In this document: piece by piece, positions 6,330 through 14,913 of the stretch
How the letters are laid out: each line of letters starts with the position of its first letter
Numbering within the stretch: position 1 is the stretch's first letter
Position numbers and translations under genes: made by a program
NCBI GenBank assembly: GCA_044222475.1
Contig: JBGANF010000166.1
Span: forward strand, 1 to 15,769
Direction: 5' to 3'
From: Polyangiaceae bacterium
GTDB taxonomy: Bacteria > Myxococcota_A > Polyangia > Polyangiales > Polyangiaceae
Length of the DNA stretch: 15,769 bases
The notes under the pieces: model-generated
Database searches by the model: none
The model's input: the letters and a program-made list of their open reading frames with translations, nothing else
What the model was told of the DNA's origin: nothing

Positions 6330-9300
6330 GATGCTCGCGTCTCCTTTCCACCATCCGCCGGTTCGCCGAGCTGCGCGCGAATCAGCTCCCAATACGCGCC
6401 CTTCGCCGCCAAGAGCGACGCATGGGTTCCCTTCTCGACGATTTGACCGTGATCGAGGACGACGATCAGATCGGCGTCGACCACGGTGCTCAGCCGGTGC
6501 GCTACGACGACGCGGGTCGCCGTCGATTCGGCGAGGTGCCGCTCGATCGCGGCCTGACTCAGGTTGTCGAGCGCGCTCGTCGCCTCGTCGAGGAGGAGCA
6601 CCGCCGGGCTGCCGAGCACCGCGCGCGCGATGACGCAGCGCTGGCGCTGACCGCCGGAGAACCCGAGCCCGCCCTCGCCGACGAGCGTCGAGTAGCCCAT
6701 CGGCATGGCCTCGATGTCGTCGTGGAGGGCGGCCTTCATCGCCGCCTCGACGACCTTCGTCATCGGAGCGTTCTCGGCGCCGAGCGCGATGTTGTCGCGG
6801 ATGCTCCCGGCGAGGAGGTACGGCTCCTGCAGCACCACGCCCATGCGGCGCCGCAGCGCTTCGAGGTCCATCGACGCGACGTCCTTTCCGTCGAACATGA
6901 TTCGACCCGAAGCAGGCAGATACAAGCCGAGGAGGAGCTTTCCCAGCGTCGACTTGCCGGAGCCCGAGGCACCCACGATGGCGACCTTCATCCCGCTCTC
7001 GATCTCGAGCGAAACGTCCTCGAGGACGAACGGCCCGTTCTCGGTGTAGCGGAACGACACGCGATCCACCGAGATCCGCCCGCGCAGTTGGCCCGGCGCC
7101 ACGAGCGTGCCGCTCGACTGCTCTCGCGGTTCGACGAACGTGGAGCGTACGAGCTGATAGTCGACGAGCGTCGGTGCACCAGCGAGGATCTGCGACACGA
7201 GCCCCGACGTCGCGCCGAAGAACACGGCGAGCGCGCCGAGGAAACCGACGAGCGCGCCAAGGCTCAGCGTACCTGCGAGGACGGATTGCGCGCCGAGCAC
7301 GAGGCACGCGACGGTCGCGAGGTTGCGCGTCCACTCGAGCACCGGCTGCGCGAGCGCCTGCACCCGCTGCTGATCGAGACTCGCGCCGAGCTCCTCGAGG
7401 AACGAAGGAAGCCAGCGCTGATGGGCCGCCGAACGATCGCCGGACATGCGAAGGGTCACGACCCCGTTGAGCGTCTCGAGGAGTCGTTCCTGCGAGCGAC
7501 CGCGCGCCTCGACCTCCGCGGCCGCGGCGCGTCGCAGCGAACGGAAGAGGACCGCGGCTACTCCGCCGTGAAGCACCGCGACCGCAACTGGGATCAACGC
7601 GAGCGCCGGATCGAACGCGAAGAGCAGCGCGCCCACCATGACGAGCGAGGCCGCATTGAGAACCGCGCCGACACCCTGCGTCGAGAAGAGGGCGCGAACG
7701 TTCTCGAATGCCTGGAATCGCTGCAGGACCAACCCCGCGGGGACGCGATCGAAGAACGAGATGGGCAGCCGAAGGACGTGCGTCATCAGCTGGTCGAGGA
7801 GCTCGCGATCGAAATGCGCGCGAAGGTGCTCGATCGCACGAGACTGGAGACGCTGGACGATCGCGACCGTGACCGCGAACGAGAGCGCGGCCACCGCGAG
7901 TACGCCGAGCAGCCCGCGATCGCCGAACGGAAAGACGCGCTCCACCGCGATGGCCATCGCGAGCGAAGTCGTCATCCCGAGCGCTTGGAGGACCAGCGTC
8001 ACCCCCAAGAGCCGCACGAGGTGTCGCGCGTTCGCTCGTGCGAAGGCTGCGACCCGCTCGACGAGCGAGCGCGCCGGCGTCCCGACCTCGTCGGAGCCCT
8101 GCCGCACCTCGAACGCCATCCCCGAGAACTGCTCTCGCAGAGCCGCTCCGCCCACGCTCGACTCGCCTTCCCGAGGATCGACGACGCGATGCGACCCGAA
8201 GCCCTTGCGCTGCGCGATCACGAAGCGACCGTCTCGCAGGACCAGGAGCAGCGGCTCGTCGATCTGGGCGAGCTCGTCGGGCACGAGGTCGAGCTGCCGG
8301 CAGGTGAGCCCGAACGACCGCGCGACCGGTCCGATGGCGTCGAACGGTTCGGCTTGAGCGGCGGCGAAGGCGTCGAGCATCGTCGCCATCGACACCGGAC
8401 GCCCCCACGAACGGAGCAGCGCGACGAGGCAGGCCGCCGGTCCGTCTTCGGGTCGGCCGACCTTCACCGCCGAGATCTTGCCGGGCGTTGCGTGGAGTAG
8501 CGCTTCGCGCTCTTCGCGGGCGGCGGCGAGCGCCTGCTCGCGCGCGACGTGCGCGCGTTCGCTCTCGCCGTCGCGCAACGCGACCGCCTCGCGCAGCCGC
8601 GAGCTGGCCACGCGAAATTGACGGACGGTCGTCTCCGCGAGAGGCGTGAGCAGTCGCCGCACGATCGTCTGCCCCGAGCTCAACAGATCGATCACGCGGT
8701 CGCGCGGAAAGACGAACACCCGACAATCTTCGAGCGCGACCGCAGAGGTCACGTTCGGTCCATCGTCGAAGACGGGCACCTCGCCGAAGTGCGCTCCCGG
8801 CTCGATGACCGTCGCGTCGTCGTCGCCGAGCGCGATGCGACCCGAGAGGAGTACGTACAGGGCCTCCGCGGGTGCGCCTTCGGTGAAGAGCGTCTGCCCT
8901 TTGCCGACCGCAGTCGAGCGCCCCAGCGCCGCCAGAGACGCGAGCTCTTGGCGCGAGAGCGATGCGCCGAGGAGTGTCTCGGCGAGGCGCAGGCTGCGTG
9001 AACGCCCTGCTCGCGGCGTGGCGCTGGCTTTGCGATCCGTATCTGCGGACAGCTCGGCGAGGCGCGCGCGCGCCGATCGAAGCCGCTCAGCGACGAGCGC
9101 GCCGAGCGACAACGTCGTCCGAATGCCGAGCACGTCGCCCCGTTGGCGCAGCTCACGGAAGCGCGCGTAGGGGAGATGGAGCATGCGCACCGCCGTCTTG
9201 GCGATCACGCTCGCGGAGCTCGGCGAGCCGTCGAGCAGCCCGACCTCACCGAGCACCGCGCCCGCCGAGAGATCGGCCGCTTTCCACGGTGCCAGACCAG

Positions 9301-11653
9301 GCTCGGCGATCTCGATCGAGACCTCTCCTTCGAGCACGAGGTAGAGACCCGTGGCCCGCGCTTCCTGCTCGACGACTCGCGTCCCGGCCGGGACGTCGAC
9401 GCGGACGAGCTGCGCCGCGAAGTCCGCCCGGTCGCCGTCGGTCCAGTCGCGGAACGGCGCGAACCCGGCGACCTCGTCGGCGGTGACGGCTTGGCGCTTC
9501 GCTGGACGCGCAGCCGAGTCTCGTCCGACGTCGGCGCTCGCGACGAGCTTCGCGTAGATGCCGTTCTTGGCGACGAGCTCGTCGTGGGTGCCGCGCTCGG
9601 CGATGGTCCCGGCGTCCATCACGCAGATGAGATCGGCGTTGCGCACGGTGCTGAGGCGGTGGGCGATCACCACTCGGGTGCAAGCGCGCGACGACAGATA
9701 CCGCTCGATCGCCGCCTCGGTCACGGCGTCGAGGGCACTGGTCGCTTCGTCAAGGATCATGATCGGCGGGCGATGGACGATCGCGCGCGCGAGCGCGAGT
9801 CGCTGTCGTTGCCCACCGGAGAACGTTCCACCGTTGGACGTGATCGGCGTCTCGTATCCTCGCGGCAGGGCCTCGATGTCCTCGTGGATCTGCGCGACGC
9901 GCGCCGCTTGCACGAGGCGATCGAGCGGGAGGCTCGGGTAGAAGAGCCTGAGGTTGTCGGCGACGGTGCCGTCGAACAGAGCCGTCTCCTGGAGGACGAC
10001 GCCGATCTGACGGCGCACCGTCGGCAGATCCAGCGTCGCGAGATCGTTGCCGTCGAAGAGCACGCGTCCGGTCGTGGGTGCGTAGAGGCCGAGGAGCAGC
10101 CGCGCGAGCGTCGACTTGCCGCAACCGCTCGCGCCCACGAGGGCGACCTTGGTTCCCTTCTCGATGCGGAGCGAGATGTCCGACAGGACGGGGGCGCTCG
10201 TGGGGCCGTACCGAAACGACACGTTCTCGAGGACGATCTCGCCATCGAGTCGAGGGCTGGCCCGCTCGCGCACCGGCTCGCGCTTGGATTGCAGCACGTC
10301 GTCCATGCGATCGAGCAGGACCGGGACGACCTGCATGTGAACGAGGGTCTGGATGATCTGCGCGAGCGGGAGGAGGAACCCGGCCTGGAGCATCTGGAAC
10401 GCGACGAGGCGTCCGGCCGACAGCTCGCCGTCGAGGACTCGCCGTCCGCCCACGTACAAGAGGAGCACCGGAACCGCGGTTTGGATCGCGAAGAGGAGAG
10501 TGGACACGAGCTGCTCGCGGAGAGCGACGGTGCCGCTCGCGTTGATCGCCTCGATCCACGTGTTGAGCCAGCGCGCGCGGCTCGGCTGCTCCTGTCCAGC
10601 GCTCTTGATCGTCGCGATCCCGCGGAGGATCTGGAGCCGCGCCGTCGCCGATGCGACGAGCTTCCGCTGCGCGCGATCGGCCCCGGCGAAGAGCCAGGGC
10701 TGGGCCGCGAGATAGACGACGACGTAGAGCGCCGCCGCGCCGAGGACACAGGCGCTGAGTCGAGCGTCGAACACGAACATCAGGCCGAGGTAGACGAACA
10801 TCGTCACCCCTCCGGCCAGGAGCTCGACGGACTGACCCGCGAGGAGGTCGCGAATGGTGCGTGTACTCTGCACGCGCGACATGAGGTCGGCCGCTGGGCG
10901 CTGGGCGAAGAAGGGCACCGGCAAGTCGAGGAGGTGCTCGACGAACGCCGACGTTATCGAGACGTCGAGCGATCCGCGCACGCGGACGACGAGCCAAGCG
11001 CGCATCGCTTGGTACATCGCGAAGAACGTGACGAGCGCTGCGCCCGACGCGGCGGCGAGCCCGAGCCACTCGAGCCGCTTCAGGCCGAGGACCTGATCGA
11101 GGACGACCTGCGTGGACAGCGGAACCGCGAGGGACAGGAGGTTGAGCGCGAGCGAGGCGACGAGCACCATGGCGAGCGCGCGCCACGCGCCTCGGAGGAG
11201 CGCGAGGTATCGCGCGCGAGAGATCGGCGAGCGGGCGCGCTCCTCGAAGGCCACCCCGGGGGTGAACTCGATGCAGATCCCGGTGAAGCTCTTGTCCATC
11301 TGCTCGGCTTCGACGGCGCGGCGGCCTTCACCGGGGTCGGCGATGTACGTACGCTCCGGCGTCCAGCGCTCGAGGACGACGAAGTGGTTCATCTCCCAGT
11401 GCAGGATCGCCGGGGTCTTCACCTTGGCGAGGTCGGCGGGCTCCAGCTTTCGCGCGCGAGGAGTCAGCCCGTAGCCTCGCGACGCGACGACGATGTTCTT
11501 GGCGGTGGAGCCGTCGCGCGAGACGCCGCATGCCTGGCGCACCTCCGAGAGCGGCGCGTGATGCCCGTGGTACGCGAGGACCATCGCGAGCGACGCGGCT
11601 CCGCACTCGACGGCTTCGAGCTGCGGAATGAACGGGACTCTCTTGCGGAACAT
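6326..11653 (-). CDS. Single-chain tandem peptidase-containing ABC transporter (C39-TMD-NBD-cNMP-cNMP-inactive C39-TMD-NBD), 1775 aa
   Basis: Start MFRKRVPFIPQLEAVECG at ATG 11653, with C39 triad Cys17/His90/Asp106. NBD1: GASGCGKST, FSGGQRQR, ILDEATSALD, IAHRLST. Two cNMP-binding-like folds: LYLVLEGEV..GEVGLLDG and LYVLLSGRI..FGEVPVFD. A second C39-like domain lacks Cys and His. NBD2: GASGSGKST, FSGGQRQR, LLDEATSALD, VAHRLST. Confidence 0.93.
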   Translation of the reverse strand: MFRKRVPFIPQLEAVECGAASLAMVLAYHGHHAPLSEVRQACGVSRDGSTAKNIVVASRGYGLTPRARKLEPADLAKVKTPAILHWEMNHFVVLERWTPERTYIADPGEGRRAVEAEQMDKSFTGICIEFTPGVAFEERARSPISRARYLALLRGAWRALAMVLVASLALNLLSLAVPLSTQVVLDQVLGLKRLEWLGLAAASGAALVTFFAMYQAMRAWLVVRVRGSLDVSITSAFVEHLLDLPVPFFAQRPAADLMSRVQSTRTIRDLLAGQSVELLAGGVTMFVYLGLMFVFDARLSACVLGAAALYVVVYLAAQPWLFAGADRAQRKLVASATARLQILRGIATIKSAGQEQPSRARWLNTWIEAINASGTVALREQLVSTLLFAIQTAVPVLLLYVGGRRVLDGELSAGRLVAFQMLQAGFLLPLAQIIQTLVHMQVVPVLLDRMDDVLQSKREPVRERASPRLDGEIVLENVSFRYGPTSAPVLSDISLRIEKGTKVALVGASGCGKSTLARLLLGLYAPTTGRVLFDGNDLATLDLPTVRRQIGVVLQETALFDGTVADNLRLFYPSLPLDRLVQAARVAQIHEDIEALPRGYETPITSNGGTFSGGQRQRLALARAIVHRPPIMILDEATSALDAVTEAAIERYLSSRACTRVVIAHRLSTVRNADLICVMDAGTIAERGTHDELVAKNGIYAKLVASADVGRDSAARPAKRQAVTADEVAGFAPFRDWTDGDRADFAAQLVRVDVPAGTRVVEQEARATGLYLVLEGEVSIEIAEPGLAPWKAADLSAGAVLGEVGLLDGSPSSASVIAKTAVRMLHLPYARFRELRQRGDVLGIRTTLSLGALVAERLRSARARLAELSADTDRKASATPRAGRSRSLRLAETLLGASLSRQELASLAALGRSTAVGKGQTLFTEGAPAEALYVLLSGRIALGDDDATVIEPGAHFGEVPVFDDGPNVTSAVALEDCRVFVFPRDRVIDLLSSGQTIVRRLLTPLAETTVRQFRVASSRLREAVALRDGESERAHVAREQALAAAREEREALLHATPGKISAVKVGRPEDGPAACLVALLRSWGRPVSMATMLDAFAAAQAEPFDAIGPVARSFGLTCRQLDLVPDELAQIDEPLLLVLRDGRFVIAQRKGFGSHRVVDPREGESSVGGAALREQFSGMAFEVRQGSDEVGTPARSLVERVAAFARANARHLVRLLGVTLVLQALGMTTSLAMAIAVERVFPFGDRGLLGVLAVAALSFAVTVAIVQRLQSRAIEHLRAHFDRELLDQLMTHVLRLPISFFDRVPAGLVLQRFQAFENVRALFSTQGVGAVLNAASLVMVGALLFAFDPALALIPVAVAVLHGGVAAVLFRSLRRAAAAEVEARGRSQERLLETLNGVVTLRMSGDRSAAHQRWLPSFLEELGASLDQQRVQALAQPVLEWTRNLATVACLVLGAQSVLAGTLSLGALVGFLGALAVFFGATSGLVSQILAGAPTLVDYQLVRSTFVEPREQSSGTLVAPGQLRGRISVDRVSFRYTENGPFVLEDVSLEIESGMKVAIVGASGSGKSTLGKLLLGLYLPASGRIMFDGKDVASMDLEALRRRMGVVLQEPYLLAGSIRDNIALGAENAPMTKVVEAAMKAALHDDIEAMPMGYSTLVGEGGLGFSGGQRQRCVIARAVLGSPAVLLLDEATSALDNLSQAAIERHLAESTATRVVVAHRLSTVVDADLIVVLDHGQIVEKGTHASLLAAKGAYWELIRAQLGEPADGGKETRAS

Positions 11654-11751
11654 CGCCTCGGGCGCCCAAGGGAATCCCACGGAGTCTCTGGGGTCAAGCT
11701 CGGTGGGGGCGGCGGGGAAGATTCGCGCCGCACCTCTCGTACCAAGCGCGA

Positions 11752-12132
11752 ATGCAACCCATGGCACCGCAGCAATACCCCCAGCAGCCCTATCCTCAGC
11801 AGCAGGGGTACTACCCGCAACACCAGCCGTACCCGCAGTACCCGCAGCAGGGATACGGCCAGCTCGTCGCGCAGGGGCCGAAGCGCAACGTCGCGCTGCT
11901 GGTGACCGGGTCGATCTCGCTCGCGCTGGGCCTGCTCGCGTTCGTCGGGTTCGCGTACAACGCGTACCACTACTCGACGGTGGAAGAGCGGTTCGCCGAC
12001 ATCGGCTCGCCGTGGCTCATCGACATCATCAAGGAGGCCGACATGCATCGCATGATGGTCTTCGGTCCTCTCGCGATGGTCTTCGGGCTCGCGGGGTTGC
12101 TGCTGGGTGGTTTTGGTCTGCGCAAGAAGTAG
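11752..12132 (+). CDS. Small membrane protein with Pro/Gln/Tyr-rich N-terminus and two TM helices
   Basis: MQPMAPQQYPQQPYPQQQGYY... is followed by hydrophobic VALLVTGSISLALGLLAFVGFAY and MMVFGPLAMVFGLAGLLLGGFGL, ending RKK. Start could be 11752 or 11761. Divergent from the transporter. Confidence 0.75.
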   Translation: MQPMAPQQYPQQPYPQQQGYYPQHQPYPQYPQQGYGQLVAQGPKRNVALLVTGSISLALGLLAFVGFAYNAYHYSTVEERFADIGSPWLIDIIKEADMHRMMVFGPLAMVFGLAGLLLGGFGLRKK

Positions 12133-12133
12133 C

Positions 12134-12874
12134 TCAGGGCCGAATCAGGAGATCGAGCGCCATCGGCACTTGGATCACGATGCCTCGCCGCCGGAGTAGC
12201 TCGGAGAGCACCAGGTCCTGCGCGGCGATCATGAAGGACGACCCGTCGGCCAGTGCGACGCGGCCGTTCGCGTCGACGCTCGTGATCGCGTCCAGCTTCG
12301 CCGACTTGGAGGACACGGTGAACCCGATGACCTTCCCGTGGAGGTTGTCCGCGTCGATGGCGCTGAAGTCGTCGGCGTCGCGGTAGCGGCCGCCCGAGGC
12401 GATCAGCTCTTCGGCCCGCTTCACCGCGCCGGGCAGCGCGCTCGCGACGATCCGCTGGAGCACGTTCGTCGGTACCGCCGACGGCAGCGCGAACCACGCG
12501 CCTTGGACGTCGTACACGAGAACGCTCGCCGAGAGCTTCGAGTCGGACGTCGCGGCGAGCGCCGCCGCTTGCGGGTGCGGGACCACGAGCCGGGCGATCG
12601 CATCGAGCGGAAACACGCGCGCGCGGAAGAAGCTCTTCGATCGCAGCGCGTGCGTCGTGATCACCGTCGTGCGACGCACGCCGAGCAGAATGAGGAACGC
12701 CGCCACGAACGGGAGCGCCGCGAGGACCATCGTCCCGACGGCGTTGGTGAGCGCGCCGATGCCGACGAGAAATAGCGGCCCCACGACGAGCGAGCCGAGG
12801 ATCAACGGCGAGACGCCGCTGGTGCCGGTGTAGAGCACCTCTTCATCCCCGGTCTTCGCCGACTCGCGATACAT
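12134..12874 (-). CDS. Hypothetical membrane protein (two N-terminal TM helices, possible bacterial PH-like domain)
   Basis: GC3-rich ORF. Two hydrophobic segments precede TVITTHALRSKSFFRARVFPLDAI, a pattern like membrane-flanked bPH domains. It fills the gap between neighbouring genes. Confidence 0.65.
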   Translation of the reverse strand: MYRESAKTGDEEVLYTGTSGVSPLILGSLVVGPLFLVGIGALTNAVGTMVLAALPFVAAFLILLGVRRTTVITTHALRSKSFFRARVFPLDAIARLVVPHPQAAALAATSDSKLSASVLVYDVQGAWFALPSAVPTNVLQRIVASALPGAVKRAEELIASGGRYRDADDFSAIDADNLHGKVIGFTVSSKSAKLDAITSVDANGRVALADGSSFMIAAQDLVLSELLRRRGIVIQVPMALDLLIRP

Positions 12875-12910
12875 CGAAGCCCGAGCGTAACCGATGCTAG
12901 ATCGGAGGAC

Positions 12911-13573
12911 ATGACGACGACTCTAGTGATCGGGGCGAACCGCGGCATCGGGCTCGAAATGGCGAAATGCTTCAAGGCGCGCGGCGACACGGTGATCGCC
13001 GCGTGTCGGAAGTCCGGCGACGCGCTGCCGAAGCTCGGCGTCGAGATCGTCGAGGCCATCGACGTCGCGAGCCCCGCTTCGGCCGCGGCGCTCACCAAGG
13101 CGATTGGCGATCGCTCGCTCGACGTCGTCGTGATCGCCGCCGGGATCCTGAAGCGCGTCGATCTCGAGACCTTCGACGAGGCTGCGATCCGCGAGCAGTT
13201 CGAGGTGAACGCTCTCGGTCCGCTTCGCCTCGCTCGCGCGGTGCTCCCGCGCGTCGCGCGGGGCGGCAAGATCGCGTTCCTCACGAGCCGCATGGGATCG
13301 ATCGGCGACAACTCGTCCGGCAGCCACTACGGCTACCGCATGTCGAAGGCGGCGCTGAACGCAGGCGGGAAGAGCCTCGCGATCGACGTGCGCGACCGCG
13401 GCATCTCCGTCGTGCTGCTCCACCCCGGGTACGTGCAGACCGACATGACCGGTGGGCGCGGAGACGTCGATGCCGCCGAGTCTGCCGCGCGCCTCGTCGC
13501 GCGGATCGACGCGCTCGGGATCGAGACGACCGGTGGCTTCTTGCACGCCGACGGTACGACGTTGCCCTGGTGA
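12911..13573 (+). CDS. Short-chain dehydrogenase/reductase, CsgA (C-factor)/carbonyl reductase-like, 220 aa
   Basis: GANRGIG Rossmann motif, VNALGP, TSRMGSIGDN, catalytic YRMSK, LHPGYVQTDM; GGAGGA upstream. Confidence 0.93.
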   Translation: MTTTLVIGANRGIGLEMAKCFKARGDTVIAACRKSGDALPKLGVEIVEAIDVASPASAAALTKAIGDRSLDVVVIAAGILKRVDLETFDEAAIREQFEVNALGPLRLARAVLPRVARGGKIAFLTSRMGSIGDNSSGSHYGYRMSKAALNAGGKSLAIDVRDRGISVVLLHPGYVQTDMTGGRGDVDAAESAARLVARIDALGIETTGGFLHADGTTLPW

Positions 13574-13648
13574 CCAGCGGTCTAGGTATTTCTTCGCCGT
13601 GCGACATTGCGCGCCACCCTCTGCGTAGGTCCAGCAGAGGGGATGAAC

Positions 13649-14540
13649 ATGCGCGTTCGGAGATGGGTTCTGCCGCTGCTCGGCGTGGTCGTGGGGTGTG
13701 CTCCCGAAGTGTCGTACGTGGCGACCGCCGAGGCGCCGTCTCTCGCGGCTCACCCCAGCGACGCCGTCGCGATCGTCGTTCCGCCGGAGGAGCCGCCGTG
13801 CAACTACCGCGTCGTCGGGAGCTTCACGGCGACGTCCGCCCTCGCTTCGTTCGATGGTCCGCGCCGGGCCCTGCGCGAGCAGGCCGCGGCGAAGGGCTTC
13901 GACGGCGTCATCATGACGTGCGGAAACCCCGACGGCGTGCGCCGCACCCAGTGCGAAGCGCGCGCGTACGTGTGCCGCACCGGGGCCACGATCGCGGTGG
14001 CTCCGGCGGCCGAGAGCCAGAAGGCGCGAATCGCGATCGTCGGCGACTTTCGCGACGCCGACGACGCGCCGGTGCTGACGGCGTACCGAGATGGTACGCA
14101 GTTCGTCGGTGAGCTCTCCGGCAGCCAATCGATGTTCACCGTCGAGGTCGATCCCGGTGAGCACGTCGTCACCCTCGCGGACCTGCACCAGGACGCCTCG
14201 CGCATGCCGCGCTGCCATCGGTTCGCCGGTACGTTCGAAGCGGGCAAGACCTACGTCGCGTGGCTCCTGACCCAGAAGATCGGTGCCGCCGGCGTTCGGT
14301 CGACCCGCTGGGTCTTTCCCCGACCGCAGTGGACCGAGACCGACCCGCGAGACATCGTCGCCGACGTTCCGCGCGTCACGCCGAACGTGACCGCTTCCGC
14401 GCGTCACGCCGAACGTGACCGCCGGTCAGGCGTTTCTGGACGGCGTGCGGGATCGGGCCGAGGCGTGTGCGCCCGTCACGCAAGACTCGCCGACCGTCGT
14501 GGCTTCGGACTGGGGATTCGAAGCCGCGCCGTGGCTGTAG
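13649..14540 (+). pseudogene. Lipoprotein gene frameshifted near its 3' end by a 28-bp tandem duplication (or an assembly artefact)
   Basis: MRVRRWVLPLLGVVVG|C lipobox with GAGGGG upstream. Removing one repeat copy restores ...VPRVTPNVTAGQAFLDGVRDRAEACAPVTQDSPTVVASDWGFEAAPWL*, ending at TAG 14538-14540, 7 nt before the convergent gene. As sequenced, the frame runs to 14629 and overlaps that gene. Confidence 0.75.
14367..14422. repeat. Perfect 28-bp direct tandem duplication
   Basis: TTCCGCGCGTCACGCCGAACGTGACCGC occurs at 14367-14394 and again at 14395-14422. Confidence 0.97.
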
Positions 14541-14547
14541 CATTGTC

Positions 14548-14865
14548 TCACCGCGACGTGACGAAGCGGACTCCGAGCCCGATCCATCGGGCGAGCGCAG
14601 CCCCGCGGAGACCCGCCGGGCGCACGTAGACCATCGACTTGCTCGGCCGGCCGGTGAAGTCCATCGGCCGCGCGTGCGGCCGCGCGACGGCGTCCTCGAA
14701 CGCGTCGGGCCCCACGCGAACCATGAAGTCGGTCGCGGTGAGGCCGCAGCACATCGCGCCGTTCACCATGAAGCAGAGACCACCGAACATGGGCTGCTCG
14801 CGCACGTCGCGCCGCTTCGAGAGCACCTTGCGGACGCGAGCGGCGAGCTTTTCGTCGTAGCTCAT
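14548..14865 (-). CDS. TfoX N-terminal domain (TfoX/Sxy family) protein, 105 aa
   Basis: MSYDEKLAARVR...EQPMFGGLCFMVNGAMCCG...MVRVG...RPMDFTGRP...VYV...WI matches standalone TfoX_N proteins. ATG 14865 lies within the tracked ORF 14548..15762. Confidence 0.88.
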   Translation of the reverse strand: MSYDEKLAARVRKVLSKRRDVREQPMFGGLCFMVNGAMCCGLTATDFMVRVGPDAFEDAVARPHARPMDFTGRPSKSMVYVRPAGLRGAALARWIGLGVRFVTSR

Positions 14866-14913
14866 CGTCGGCCGAAGGTACCATCGGTGCGCGAGCGTCG
14901 GTATGATCGCCGC

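Noticed and set aside
5391..8726. 1111-aa minus-strand ORF
   Set aside because: Only the last 312 codons (from GTG 6329) are HlyD-like. The rest is an Arg/Ala/Gly-rich off-frame shadow of the transporter gene.
11654..11767. 38-aa N-terminal extension of the transporter ORF
   Set aside because: It overlaps the divergent gene start and promoter gap, and the C39 domain begins naturally at MFRKRVPFIPQ (ATG 11653).
11761..11865. CCGCAG/TACCCG repeats as a DNA-level repeat element
   Set aside because: Fully explained by the low-complexity P/Q/Y coding sequence.
6272..11905. Long plus-strand ORFs 6272..8500 and 9143..11905
   Set aside because: Antisense shadows of the GC3-rich transporter gene with no recognisable motifs.
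12911..13573. Naming the SDR csgA
   Set aside because: Family-level similarity only; CsgA-like SDR paralogues are widespread and orthology cannot be judged here.
14367..14422. 28-bp repeat as a CRISPR array or insertion target-site duplication
   Set aside because: Only two abutting copies, with no spacer, no cas genes and no intervening element.
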